The translations under genes were made by a program, and so were the position numbers. The notes below the pieces were generated by a model, which ran no database searches, was not told the origin of the DNA, and saw only the letters and a list, made by a program, of their open reading frames with translations. 64,000 bases of DNA, taken from contig NC_090374.1 in assembly GCF_036365525.1 (NCBI RefSeq), forward strand, positions 154,102,502 to 154,166,501. The letters are read 5' to 3'. Positions 36,361-49,868 of the stretch are shown piece by piece (the first letter of the stretch is position 1; each line of letters begins with the position of its first letter). Source of the stretch: Heterodontus francisci (lineage: Eukaryota).

Positions 36361-38115
36361 TTGTCCTCACTGTGTAATTGGGCAATTGTGGGCAGTGCCT
36401 ATGATTCATTCCTTTACCTAGTTTAGAGCAAAGCCAGATTCTTAAAGAGCGGGAAAATGGCCACGCTATAGGATCGACTTCATCACCTTTGAAGCCCCCA
36501 TCGCAGTTCCAAACGACATGTCTTTGTAGAAGTCTTTTCCTGGGAAGCAGATGGACTTTTTGCCAAAGACAAGAGACTCACAGCAGCATTTTCTTTACTT
36601 CTTTCCCACTATAACCATTAACAGACCCCCACTTTGAGCTCTCATTTCCCTCGAGATGACACCAGACTTCCTTTGTATTGAGATGAAAGCTGTTATTGAC
36701 AGAAAAGAAAACCTTCAGTTGTTCAGTTGCGGCTGCTGAGAAAAAAACAACCAGCTGGTGCCCTCCTGTATTCTCCTGTCTTTGTTGGGCCTTTTTAAAT
36801 GAACGCTCAGATCTGGATGTTGCTGACAAAGCCAGCATTTATTGTTCATCCCTAGTTATCCTGGATATCTCTGAGCAACTGTTGTGCAGCAGCTGTGACC
36901 AATTTTTACTTCAAAAGTTTTAAAAGTGCTGAGAGGGCACTCAAGATGGAGGCACCCTTCATCTCCCTTACCTACAATGGCAGGTTGCAGCTCCTTCAGT
37001 GCTAAAGGGCCTCCTGTTGGCCTCCATCGAGATCTCACCCACTGTCCAGTGCACCCTCTGGCCACTAATTGGCTAATCCAGGTAGAATTGATGTCAGGTG
37101 ACACGGTACAAAGCCAAGACCCACATTTGACAAGCTGTGACCATGGAGGCGGGGTGGGGAGGTCCTCAACGCTTTCCTGGAGAATTGGCCCTCTGGTGTG
37201 CCGCAAGGAGGCCACCTCCAGGCAGCTGTCGCGGCCCCAATGCCAGGGGAACCCACAGGCCGACTGGAGAATTCCAGTTGGCCTCTGATGTCTGTCCCCA
37301 ATTAGTTTCTTAATTACCTTAACAAGCTACCCACTGCTTATTGGCGGATAGCCGTTCCGCCCCCAATCCGACCTCCAGCAAAATGGCTTGGGGGCAGGAT
37401 GGCACTGGCAAACCAGCACACCAGCTGGCTGCATGAAATTGCATGCCTGCCCATGTCAGTTCCTGCCCCTAAATCGGGGCCAAATTCCTGGCCATCGCCT
37501 CTGTTTCAATCAGTTGTTGATAAGGACACATGTCCCTTTAATTGGGTTCTTGTTCTTAAACCAACATTGCACTTTTCTGCTGGATATCGGTGAATAATTT
37601 AGTTTCTGCACAGTTTTGATCTTGAGACACAGGGGAGATTCTTGGAATGAATTGCTTCTTGATAGCTGTACTGACTCTTTTATCATTGACTGTTTCTGCA
37701 GCTACAGTTGTTAGACAGCTCGATACCTTCCAGCTATGGATAGTCCTAAGGGGATATCTTTCTACTTGCTTTTCCTGAAGGAGGAAGAGGGAGATCAGAG
37801 GAGACATGAAAGACAGGAGAGATTCCACCTTAGACATTCCCTGTGGACATGTCCTTCCGCTGACCCTCACATACTTGGGTCAGGGTCTCTTCCCTCTTAT
37901 CTTTCCAGCACTGACTTTGATTCCCAAAGGAAGTCACCACTACACTCTGCACACTTCCTGCAGATCAGTTCAAGCACATGGATGTTTCTGTCAGCAGTTG
38001 TCAAGGTTGCAGCTTTGAATGTTTATGTGGCAGGCTCCTCGCTGGCAATTGTGGGAGATAATCAAGTCTCCCAACCTCAATCCACAATTGCATCAAACAG
38101 GTAATCTGAGATATT

Positions 38116-38862
38116 GGGGTCAATTTTAACACCCGACATCCAGGAGCAGTGGACATGAGATGCTAAAATTGGGCGAATTGACCTACTGATCTGAAGTTGC
38201 TACATTCTTGCCTGCCACCATCTTCTCTTGTCAGCCGATGGCCGGCTACAGGCAGGTGAGGAGCTAATTAAAATGTAAAAGTCATGGCCTGATGACATCA
38301 TCAGCACGTCAGCGCTATGTTCACTAGGACTTGGGGCAGGATTGGGGGTGTGAGGGGGTGTCCAGCAGTGTAAAATCTGCCTGAGAAAAAACAATAAGAA
38401 GCAGCAGACTGATCACGAGGGGCCAATAAGTTTTATTTTTATACCGTAAGGATTTCTTAGGATCCAGGAAGAGTGGGAACGCTCCTCCCAGAAGGAAGCC
38501 TTGAACTTTCCCTCTCCCTCCCCATCCTGTCATTCATTTGTGGACCCCGCCCGGCACCTATTGTATGCCAGGGTCCATTCCCTTGGGTTCCTCAATTCTC
38601 TTGCCCCTCTGTTCCCAGTCTCCCCCATCGCACCCACGCCCCTCCCAACACCGCACCACCCCTTGCTGAACTTGATGTTATTCTGCTGACTTCAGGTGTC
38701 CAATATTAAAATAAGGCCAAGCTGCTAAAACCATCAGCACTTTGCTTCATTTATAATTTCTGTGTGGGTCACTCACAGTGCCCTCTCCCCTACCTCCCAT
38801 GAATTCCCCCCCTCCCATCCTCCCCAATGATACTCCTCGTTTTACAAGTTAAAATCGGCCCC
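38116..38862. mobile_element. Non-autonomous Harbinger MITE
   Basis: TIRs ggggtcaattttaac / gttaaaatcggcccc. 3-bp TSD ATT on both sides. Confidence 0.85.
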
Positions 38863-39871
38863 ATTCTCTTCCAGGGCTAAGGGCTTTGTCATGTCTCCAG
38901 TTGAATGCAGCCAGAAGGAAGAAAATGCCCCATACTTCTTCAGTGTGCCAGAATTTCCACAATGCAGGCTTTTATTGACTGCCATTGTGTGGAGTACATG
39001 CCCCAGCACAGATGCTGTGCCATTCATGAATAGCAAGAGCTGTGTCCCATCAATGGATTTGGTAGTCCGTGGCCACAGCAACAGAACTCTGCATGTGATT
39101 GCCCGTTGCTACAGCAATTCCCAATGTTTCCTTTGTTCTGCAGCTATTAGCCATGCTATGTGTCAGCCATGGCTCAGTGATAGCACTCTTGTGTATGAGT
39201 CAGACTGTCGTGGGTTGAATTCTCACTCCAGAGACTTAAGCACATAACCTAGGCTGATCCATCAGTGTAGTACTGAAGGAGTGCTGCAGTGTTGGAGGTG
39301 GTAATTTGAGAAGAAAAACCATAAAAAGGACAGTGCTCCAAAAATGAACTGAAAATGGTCAAACTAATTGGCATGAGCCTTAGATGTTCTGGTGCTTCAA
39401 TAATTTGAGGTCCCTCTCACCTGCAGATTGAGGGTGGATTTTGGTCCATGTGGAAGTGCACAGTTGGTGGAGGACCCACAGCTGACAGGAAGCCCAGGCC
39501 CATTTTAGGACTTAAAGGCAAATCCTTGCAATGAGATCTGGAAGGAGCTGCTTGGCGGGACCTGCCTCCTCCTGGACTTCCTGTCAGCTGTGGGTCCACC
39601 ACCAGCTGGGCACCTCAACATGCACCAACATCCACCCTCAGATGTTATAAACGCTGGCCTTTGTAATATGGTTATGTTTTAACATGATTTTTAATGCAGT
39701 GTAAAATGGACAATCGGAGGAAACATGTGACCTCCCACAAAATCTGCCCAGACAAGCCAGGGATCTTGGTTACCGTGAGAACAAGGAACCCAGATCAAAG
39801 ACACTTTTGAAAGCAGGGTGCAAGGTTGTAACACCTAAAGGACAAAGGGTTTCACTCTCCCAGACTCACAG

Positions 39872-40127
39872 GTTTAGTTTAGTTTAGAGATACAGCACTG
39901 AAACAGGCCCTTCGGCCCACCGAGTCTGTGCCGACCATCAACCACCCATTTATACTAATCCTATACTAATCCCATATTCCTACCACATCCCCACCTGTCC
40001 CTATATTTCCCTACCACCTACCTATACTAGGGGCAATTTATAATGGCCAACTTACCTACCAACCTGCAAGTCTTTTGGCTTGTGGGAGGAAACCGGAGCA
40101 CCCGGAGAAAACCCACGCAGACACAGG
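39872..40127 (-). mobile_element. 5'-truncated HE1-type V-SINE
   Basis: Matches the tail and V-domain. cacaggtt is repeated at both junctions. Confidence 0.9.
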
Positions 40128-40237
40128 TTGTAAACAGGAGCCCAGGGACTCTCAAATGCCGATTTGAGTAGCAATTTTTAACACCTGGAAACAAAGAAAG
40201 GCCCAGGTGGTCTTGCTATGGTCAGACTTATTGGGGA

Positions 40238-43200
40238 GGGAGAGTTTTATTCTGGCGGTGAGGGTCTCAACGTCTGGAAAAAGTGACGCCGAGATCCACG
40301 CATCGCCTCTTCTCTGGAAGGCCTGCCTAATCTAGTGCCAATCAGGCACTTAAGTGCACAGTGGCAGGCCTTCCACAGGATAAAGGACCTCTTTGCCGGA
40401 GCTCCCGCCCTTGGAGAGCTGCCAGCCAACCAAAAGTGGAGGCAGTGGCTGTTGTTGGAGGAGAACTTACTGGAGGCTGAGAAGCATTGCTGGACCCAGG
40501 TCACAGGTAGGTCAGAGTGGGAGGGGTCTCGCGGGGTGGGGGTTTGGAGGGAGGAGTGAGAGGGGTTGGCAGCAAGGGAAGGGGTTGGCTGTCAACAGGC
40601 ACCCCTTTTTCCCCGTCTCCCGATGCCAGACCCCTCGTTCAGGCACTAAATGCCTTTAAACAAAGAACCCCCCACAACACCCCCAGAGCCAGGAAGCAGC
40701 CCTCATGGTTTTCCATGCCGTGCTTCCCATCCAGCGACAGGGAAGCCCACCACATGGCTAATTTCGGCTGCGGTGGGAAGAGGCCCTTAATTGGGGATTA
40801 ATTGCCCAGTTAACAGCCTCAATTGATGGCGCGGTGGGAAGGCCATTCACAGGCCTTCCTGCCCCAGACTAAATTTTGTGTCTCCACTGCAGGTGCCCAC
40901 ACTCAAGTCACAGAACACCGCATGGCCCAAGAATCCTCCTCTGGGGAGGATGATGAAGCCAATGCCCCAGAGGGTTCACCGTCACCTGCCTCTTCTTCCA
41001 TCTCTGCCAGCGCAGATACATCCACACGGTCTGTGGGGGGGAGGGGGTTTAAGATTGGAATCTGGGTCTCAAGCTGGTGTGCACAACACAGACACATCCC
41101 AGCAGCCTGAGGGAGCATGTGCCAGCCGGGTCCCCTGATAATCGGAGGAACGCTGGGGACCAGGCTCCTGCTCAGCTGCACGCTCATGATGACCCTCTGT
41201 TTGTTGCTGCAAGAAGTCTGCTGGATATGCAGCAAAACCATGTGGAAAATATGTCGGAGATGCCTGAGGTCATGTGTGGCTTTGTGCATGCCATGGAGGA
41301 GTCCATGTAAGCCATGATGTCTGCCATGTCCCAGACATTTGAGCATATGGCTTGCTCAGTCAAGAGTTTGGCGAGCTCTGTGGAGCACTCGAGTCATACA
41401 TGATCTGACCTGCACTCCATCACTGTTGCCGTGGGCTCCATGCAGCAGAGTCTAAGCGAGAGGGGCCGAGGAACCTGGACCTCCCTCCAGGTGCTCCTTT
41501 CTCTCAGGGCGACAGGCAGGTACCATTGTGCAAATTGCAATGATGTTTGCAAAGCATCTCAGGAAATGTCCAGTGTCCATATCTCATTGGAATTTGAGCT
41601 TTCACTCTTCAATGATGGCTGTTTTCCTTTTGATGATTAATAAAATTTTTCAGTACGGTCAAGTCTTACTTTTATTTACTACGGTCATAACTTAACGCTG
41701 CTGTAGTCGCATTCATTGTAGCCCATGGACAATTTCAATTGCCAATCACATGAAAGTGCAGCCACGCTTTAGGATTGCAGAGATGAACAAGACCTTGGGC
41801 AAAAGGGAATTTCTGTGAGGAATTGTTATGTTTCTCCTCCCAAAGTTCTTGATGATGTGGCTTAATGTTGGCTGAAACGTACATGAAAGTAGATGAAATC
41901 ATTGGCACATTGAAAAAGGGCATTTTTTACCTCTGCACCTGTTGGTTGTGGACTGCAAGATGCCACATATGTCGCCTGGTAGCAAAGAGATTGAGTGCAA
42001 TAGTAACCTTGAGGGTAAGTGGCATGGGATTCCCAATGAAAACAAGCAGCTGCAGGTAATGCTGAGGGATCATATACATTTCTGTCGCCATTGCAAATCA
42101 CATCCTCATGTTTCTCTGGCATTGCCTCGCTGACATCTGAAGGTAATGTGTCCTTGTCCTGAGGATGCGATGACATGCCAGTATCCGTCTTTGATAATGT
42201 CTTTCCTGGATGGCTTCATTCTGAGCAGTCTCGCCCTCTTGTGTTGCCTGCTGCTCCTGTTGAGGTATCGTCCGTTGATCGCCAAGATCCTTCCTCAGTC
42301 TCTCCCTCTGCAATTGTTCGTGTGTTAGAGGACAAATGAGATTCATATCTTTGCAGTTTTTCAATTGTTGAGATGAGAAGTGTGTTGTAAAACTGTCCTT
42401 CTGCCATTCAGCAGAACTATGAAAGTCATGAGCAGATCGCTGTTATGTGCCTTACATTTGCATGCAGCAGGTGATCGCACCCACCATCATTTATCTCCTC
42501 CCAATCGACTTGCATTCCTTGATTGGACACGTGGTTTGCATTCTTCTTCCAGAAAATGTTGTGTCTGCAATACCAGGCAAATTTACCCACCTTCCAACCT
42601 CCTCCTGCCACCTTCCACCCTGCACCCATAACCCTTGACCCACCACTTAACCTTCACCCTGCCCCCTGTTACCATAGCACCTTCCCCCGTTACCGTGGAC
42701 CAGCCCATCATCAAGTTATACATGTCAGGCTTCCCCACTGCCCCTACTCCCGTCAGCATCCAACTGCCAACTCTCACCCTTAAACCTTCAAGAATCCACC
42801 TTGATATAGTCACAGATCCCCAATCCTCTCCCTATGATGACCTCAAATACCCAACCCTCCACCCCACCCCCCCCCCACCCCCACCATATACAGTTGCCCC
42901 CTGTAACTGTGACTGTACCTTCTATCATTCAGTACCCTGATGTGGACACAGAGGACTCCAATGACAGCCATCCTCCCCCTTTTTACGCCTCTCATGACCA
43001 TCAGTTTACTGACAGGAACGCATCAACCTGCCACCCCCTGCAACCACACACAGCCAGCCTCATCATCAAAATCAGTCACTACACACACTGGATGCTGCCC
43101 TCCTCCTTCCCCTGCTTTGCCATGCACCTGAGACCCCACCCTATCCTCCCTGACTACCCTCCCCTGCTCCTCCCTGTAGCTCCCGCCATCCCATGAGATG

Positions 43201-43621
43201 ATTCACCCTTGCTGGTGCCAAGCCTGGAGGCAAATCCATTCCAATGCTGGTGATAGTTTAGTGGCTGAATGAAAGAGAGAAGAGCACAGTCCTAAGCCAT
43301 AACTGCAAAATCTAATTGTCATACGACACATTGAAACATTCGTGAACCGGGTGGCACAGGAATATCACTAACCGTTCACTTAATCTGACAGGTAGGACTA
43401 AATTGTAACTATGCATAGGGTAATGAGTACTCATTGCATGTAAATAAATGCAAAGCTGCAATCTGCCATCACGCTGGGGAACCCCAGAACGCTGCAAAAT
43501 CACCGATGACTTAATTCCTCTAAAATATGCCGCCATCGTGAATCTGAAAAAACACCTCCCACCTAATTATATCACACCACCCGCCACCAAACCGCCGTGT
43601 CAGACAGCATAAAATTCACCC
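40238..43621. mobile_element. Internally deleted Harbinger element (Myb exon on +, transposase N-terminus on -)
   Basis: TIR-like ends gggagagttttattctg / cagcataaaattcaccc. Myb-protein exon after cag| at ~40893-41520. Minus strand ~41880-42200 reads GNPMPLTLKVTIALNLFAT (HARBI1-like). Confidence 0.7.
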
Positions 43622-45419
43622 ATGGTGTGGGGTTTTTGAGTGTGTTAATGGAAAATACCTTTCTCTGTAGTTTAGTGTATTAGCTACCTACTAAATACAT
43701 TTTAGTTAATGTTGATTTTTTTTTAGTTTAGTTGTTATAGTAAAAGTCTTAAAACATGAAATCTCACGTAATTCTTTAATCGGTCTGGGAAGTTTATATC
43801 TCTTGCTTTAAAGTTAATGGTCTCTATTCAGGTCGTAACATCGAGTGCGCTATGTTCCAGGACAATGACTGCCCAGGAACATTGGACCTCTGATCCCTTA
43901 AGATATTTATATCAAAATAATCTATACTTGATGGAGGGAGTCAGTTTTGTTCAAGTTGATTTGGAGGCTAAATCAGTCTGCAACCATAGCAAATCAATCT
44001 GCAAAGACTTGCTTATCTTCCCCACTGTGCAGTAGAAGTACACAAGCACCCTTGGGTAATTATAGCCAGCTGCTCTGCTGCAACTGTAATAGATTTTTCT
44101 GGGAATTACATTCAGCTTTCACTGGTGGTGAAGGCTGAGTTCTGACAGTAATGATGAACCTCTGGGAGAGGGGAATATAGCACTTATGACTAGTTCTTTC
44201 TCAATCCCTCTTTCATTGGAGTCCAGGTTGATCCAAAACTGATGGGTAGGAGATCAGCAGGACTCCTGTGAAAATGATAGGGACCCAATTGCATCACCTC
44301 TTCAGCATTTCCATAGGTTTCCTGCCTACCATGAAAGGGGAAGAATTCCCATCTACCCTAGTGTCTTTCTCTTCTTAATTTCTTTATTTCTTTCCCTCTT
44401 TAAATTCTTCCTTTTTACTTCATGTTTTCCTTCTCCTTTCTTTCTCTCCTTTCTAAGAGCATTTCTGGGGGAAAACACCTTTAGAAGGTCTGTCCATATA
44501 GAGTTTTGTGAGAATATTTCAGATTAGATCTTCTAGAAAAGCAATTGATATCGTCGGGCGGAATTTTCAAAAGTATTTTTTTCTTCTTCCCAGATGCCAA
44601 GATCGACCTGTTAACTTTGACTGTTGCTGTTTCCAGGTTGCAGGTACTGAGGGAATGTGATAGTTTAAACCCTCACAGGCGGTTTAAGCCAATGCCTGCT
44701 AATAACTTAGAATGCACTCTATATGAAGAGAAGTATTGATTTGATTGAATTTGTTCTTGTTTATGTGACAGAGTGGAACATGATGAAAGGGACTTCATTG
44801 TACATACTGTCAGGATTGCATTCGTTCTGATAAAATCATAGGGCTGAATTTTTGTATCCCAGCGGGGCAGGCAGCCGAGGTAGATCGGGCCAATGTGCTG
44901 GTTTTCTGACACCGTTCCCAGTGCCAGCCATGTTCACTAGGGCGGATTAAGGCCAATTAAGGTGGTTGAGGAACTCATTAAGAGCTCATTAACGGGGAGT
45001 GTTGAGATTTTCATGGGGCTGCACACATGTCTGAAGCAGACCAGGTGAAGGGATGTGGATACAAAGTGGGGAGCCAATCATGGCTGCCCTAAGGAATTAC
45101 CTCAGAGGGTGAATGCACAGAGCGGGCCTTGGCCATTGACAAACAGGTGCCCTTGGCACAGCACATGTGGCAGGGAGACTGGGCAATATGCGTATGGGCA
45201 GTGCAGGGGTCATCAAACTGCTGGCATCATGGGGGCAGAAGAGCAGGGGGCAAGGCTGCTAAGGACAATTGGGCGTTAAGCTGACCACAAGAAAGGCTGA
45301 ATCTTGCAAGGGTGGCACAACTCTCAGATTTTGCACCCAATGGCGATGAGGAGCAACACTCTCCACAGGAAGGGCAGAGCCCAGCCATCAGGAGGGCAGG
45401 AAAGAGGAACAAGGGGCAG

Positions 45420-46620
45420 ACTTGGAGGCCATTCCCTCAGCATAGGATATACCGATGAAGACGGAACTACCTTTACATGACCAAGAACCAGTGCAGCAGG
45501 AAACTATGACTCTCCAGGTTGATGGTCACAGATATCTATGCCCTCATCTCTGAAGACCTGACACCACGCAGCACTGATCATCATGTCCTGTCAGTAGCCA
45601 TCATAGCCACAGTGGCCTTGAACTTCTTTGCTTCCAGGTCCATCGAAGAATTAGCTGCGACCTTGGTGGCATCTCAATAGCAGGTGCGCACAACTTCATC
45701 TCATGAGTCACTGATGCCCTCTTTGCCAGGATTGGAAAATACATTCAGTTCATGACAGATGACAGCTTGCAGGCACAGAGGGCATTAGGTTTCACTGCCA
45801 TCACTGGATTCCCCCAGGTGCAGGGCATCATCAATTGCACCCATGTGGCTGGCCGCCAAGGCACCCAGTGACCGACAATGAGATTCATCAACTGGAAGGG
45901 CTTCCACTCCCTCAACATTCAGCTGCTCTGCAACCACAACAAGAGCTTCCTCTATGTGTGCGCTCACTTTCCTGGCAGCTGCCATGATTCATTTATCCTA
46001 TGCCAATCCAGGCTGCCACAGCTCTTTATAGAGTTATAGAGTCATAGAGTCATCTATGGCACAGAAGGAGGCCATTGGCACATCAGGTCCATGCTGTTCT
46101 CCGTGGAGCTATGCAGTCAGTCCAACTCCCCGGTTCGATTCCCGGAGCCCTGCAAGTCTATTTCTCTCATGTGGCCATCCAACTTCCTCTTGAAGTCATT
46201 GATCATCTCTGCTTCCACCACCCTTGTGGGCAGCGAGTTGCAAGTCATTACCAGCCACTGCGTAAATAAGTGCTTCCTCATATTCCCCCTGTATCTTTTT
46301 CCCAAAACTTTCAATCTTTACTCCAAACCCTAAAGTCTGTGGATGTATCCTTGGGGACAAGGGATATCCCTTGAAGAGATGGCTACTCACCCCTCTATGA
46401 GAGCCCAAGACATAGGCACAGAGGCTATACAACCAATGCCATCTGCCCACCAGGACCACCTTTGAGCAGGCCAGAGGCTTCTGAAGATATAATTCCGGTG
46501 CCTAAACCTGGCCTGCTGTACAAACCTGCAAGGGTCTTGATCATTGTGGTGGTCTGCTGCACGCTCCATAACATGGCCCTCCAGAGAGGAGTAGACCTTG
46601 AGGATCGTGAGGCCCTGCAG
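45420..46620 (+). pseudogene. Harbinger DDE transposase (HARBI1-like), disrupted
   Basis: [67 protein letters not shown]. Confidence 0.9.
46029..46314 (-). mobile_element. CR1 3' fragment inserted in the transposase
   Basis: RGNMRKHLFTQWLVMTCNSLP..FKRKLD. tcttta repeated at both junctions. Confidence 0.8.
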
Positions 46621-47099
46621 GGAGACAGCTCATTGGAGGAAGAAGAGGGGTGGGAGAGGGGAGTAAGAGGAAGTGGAGGCAGAGGATGTGGATCATTGAG
46701 GTGCACCAGCTGCACAGGGAGGCGGCCGGGTACTGCGCAGGTCGTGAAGGTTTCGTCTGGATGCCATGAATGTCAAGGATCATCTTAATCAGGAACTTAT
46801 CAGGTGAGCCCCTCTGACACAGGATGAAGGGCATGGCATGGTGGCTCACACATCCGTTGAAGCCGCAGTTGGGCACATCTAAACTCTTACTGCCAATGAC
46901 AGAACCATAACTGCCTGAAGGCTTCACCGTCACTGTTGAGGACCCTTGATCTACTTCACCACCTCATACCTCTTTTCTTGTCCCTCCATCAATAACAGGA
47001 GTCTTACACTTATGGCTTTAGTTATTATTAACATGGTGTTCAGAAAGGGAAGCAGTTCACAGATACAGTAAGATGACACCCCAGTGATCAATTCAGTGT

Positions 47100-48824
47100 T
47101 CCGCGCAATGTGGTGATCTTTGCACTCTGCTAACTCTATGTTGTGCTCCCCCTGTGAGCTCGGAGGAGGTGGAGCCAGCCTGCTCATTTGTCTCTGCCTG
47201 TGGCTGTGTGGCGGTCGTCCTCGTCGTGGCGGTCCCTGTAGGGTCATCTCCAGAGACTGCTGCACCTGCATCATTGCTGGGGCAGCCTCCGTAACCTGGC
47301 CCTGCTGCACAGAGGTTCCAACTGTCAGAGGAACCAAGGAGGCTGAGGATGTTGAAGGTGCCCTATGATGGGTGGCACCTCACCCACCTTGGTGACGTCC
47401 TCAGGTCTTGGGTGCACCAAATTACTGGAGGAGGGCACCAGCTGGGGTGCAACTGGCATCCACTCCTAACATCCCTGTATCATCAGCACCACTGATCAAT
47501 CCAGGGTACGTAGTGTGGCATGCATCCTGTGTGCTGTTCCTGCATTCACTCCGTGTGCTGCCACATATGGCTCTCCATGAGGTTGGCCACTTTCTCGATA
47601 GAGGAACTCATGCACTGAATGCCCTGAGCCATGGTGTTGCGTATGAGCTGGATGTACTCCTCCATTCTCAGCCTATGACCCCACACTGCCTCAGGGAACT
47701 CCGACATGTGGGGGCACATCTGCTGCTGTTGGCTGAGGTGCAGCCTCCTTTCCTGTGACTCCTGAGGCCCTGCATCTGTGCCCAGCTGAGCAGGGTTGTG
47801 TCGGTCCTCCCTCCTCCGAGGGGGACTGCCCACAGCAGCCTCTGCCTCTGGCACCTCCTCTGCACACTAGTGCTGTGCTCATCAGCCAGTGCCACACTCC
47901 CTAACCATGTGCGAGGACCCACTAAGGTGAGAATATCTACGTTGGTATACGGTGCATTTGTAAGGTATGATGGTACCTTTTCACTTCCTTGGTGGTCATC
48001 TGGGAATGCGGAGGGAGAGGGAGAAGGTCTCGTAGAGAGAACGTCTGTGCCTGTGGGAGACACAAGAAGAGATCATGAGAGCTAGCCTTGGAGAGCTAAT
48101 GCCTCTGCAGTCCTGAGGCTTCCCAATGCAACTTAGTGTTTGGCATGCTGTCGGATGGGGTGGAGTGCAATGCACCCTTGAATGAGCACATTTCCCTCTG
48201 TAATCACCAAGTCCACATTGAGCGCCCATTTTGCCATGGCCGATCTACGATCCTGGCTATCTCCATTGATCAATTCCCCATTGCTGTTATGGTGTGAAAG
48301 TATGGTACCCCTCCTGTTTGTGCCCTTTCATGGGCATTATGGGACCATTGCTCCTGCAAGGACAAATGAGAGTGAGATAAGGCCCTGCTGGCCTCTATGG
48401 CCAATGGTAGCTGTCCCTATTCATTAATGCTGGCAGGTCCTCAACAGCATTATGGCTCTGAGGCGTTCTGAGGGATTAGTAAGTGCCCTGGGCACAGGCT
48501 GCTCCCATGTTCAGGGGCAGCATGCGCCTCAGACTCCTCAGATGGTGTGTCCACTGGAAGGTGAGTACCGAGAGGCCTGTCCTGAGGACTGGGTGTTGCA
48601 CTCACCTTGCCAGAGCGCATGAGGTCATTGAACTTTTTCCTACACTGGATCCAGGTTTGTCTTATGACACTTCTGCCACTGATGGTGGCTGTGATTTTGA
48701 CCCAGGCATGTTTGGTTTGAATGGTGACATCCTCCCACCCTATGAGAAGAGGACCTCCTTCCTCCCCCCTCACAGCCTCTAGCATAACCTTCAGGTTGCT
48801 GTCCAAGAAATGAGGGGCTGCCAT
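47100..48824 (-). pseudogene. Harbinger Myb/SANT-like protein (spliced), disrupted
   Basis: MAAPHFLDSNLKVMLEAVR...AWVKI...TWIQCRKKFNDLMRSGK|gtgagt with donor at 48606/48605, the same codon position as the 2063 donor. Coiled-coil region at 47546-47750. Confidence 0.82.
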
Positions 48825-49675
48825 GCCCCAGTTGCCAGGCCTCCGGCTCTCCTGAGACATGATGGAGACAGCAATTCAACCCAAAGCTCAATGAGAATGT
48901 TCTCTCTTCTCTTTCAGCAGTGAAATAGCAGCCACAGTAATGGCTGCCATGGGGAGTTTAAATCGGGCCTGCATTTGGCCCACCTCTGATCCTGCCCCTG
49001 TGGCCTGCAGCTGCTAATTGGCTGCCAAACCCGTCTCCATGCCAATTAAGAGGTCACCCCCATGAAAATTGTGAGTCAATTCTGTTTCCCCCCCACACGT
49101 GGGTTTGGGACCCAGAGATGGTCCCGACTTCGGTTTGACACCACCGATGCGAAAATCCAGCCCATAGAGTCCTACAACAGAGAAGGATGCCATTTACTCG
49201 ATCAAAATCCTTCATAATTCTGAATACCTCTATTAAATCTCCCCTTAACCTCTCTGCATTAAAGAAAAAAAATCCAGGTGCTTTATTTGATCTAGGGATG
49301 TAGGCAACACTGGCCTGGCCCATCCTGAGTTACCCTAAAGGGATGAAGGGGTACATTTTCACCTAGACATTAAGCCTTGTGAAGTACGAGAAAGGAAAAT
49401 CTGATGGTGAGGATGACAGGTAGATAATGGAACCTACCAGCAGTGAAATTAATGGAAGAAAAATCCACTATGAGCTCTCTATCTAAGCATTCCTTCCTGT
49501 GCTTAACCAAGGCACTAAAGATGAAAATTTAACCTCAAGAGTCAACTGGAGGCCATAGCACTGGGGAAAGGGGGCAGTAATGAGTCAGTTGGGTTTTTAC
49601 AATAGCATTTGTCTGGTGCCAGTTTATAAATGACCAGAACTATTGAATTCAATTTCACAACTTACTACAGACGTG

Positions 49676-49868
49676 TGTTACGGCCACATGGTGAGGGGTG
49701 TGCGTGGTTCCCACCGTACAACTCCCACCTGACTGCAGCAAGTGTGTTTTGTTATTCGGGTTAAAACCCCTTAGTGTTTTATTTGTCAACAGACAGTGAG
49801 AGAATTTCTTGTGGGTTTAAAACAGAGGATCAATTAATAATTGAATAATATGGCTTATCCTGAAATTG
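49676..49868 (-). mobile_element. Gypsy LTR fragment (probable 3' LTR)
   Basis: Diverged direct repeat of 52769-52940 (tgttacggccacatggtgagggg). Confidence 0.75.

Larger units (their letters stand above)
39662..43840 (+). mobile_element. Probable LTR remnant (39662-40235 and 43622-43840) split by nested insertions
   Basis: Starts tgtaat and ends cgtaaca. No TSD found. Confidence 0.4.
44841..49163. mobile_element. Full-length (decayed) PIF/Harbinger transposon with convergent genes
   Basis: TIRs gggctgaatttt / aaaatccagccc. 3-bp TSD ATA (44838-40 and 49164-66). Transposase on +, Myb gene on -. Confidence 0.92.

Noticed and set aside
36581-36737. Possible minus-strand exon with AG/GT boundaries
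   Set aside because: No homology recognised, and it lies among decayed repeat fragments.
38891-39247. 118-aa ORF
   Set aside because: No domain recognised, and the 3' part runs into a SINE head.
44145-44835. ATGATGA...CTGA box C/D-like pairs at ~44150 and ~44781
   Set aside because: No terminal stems or rRNA-antisense guide visible, and the spacing is unconvincing.
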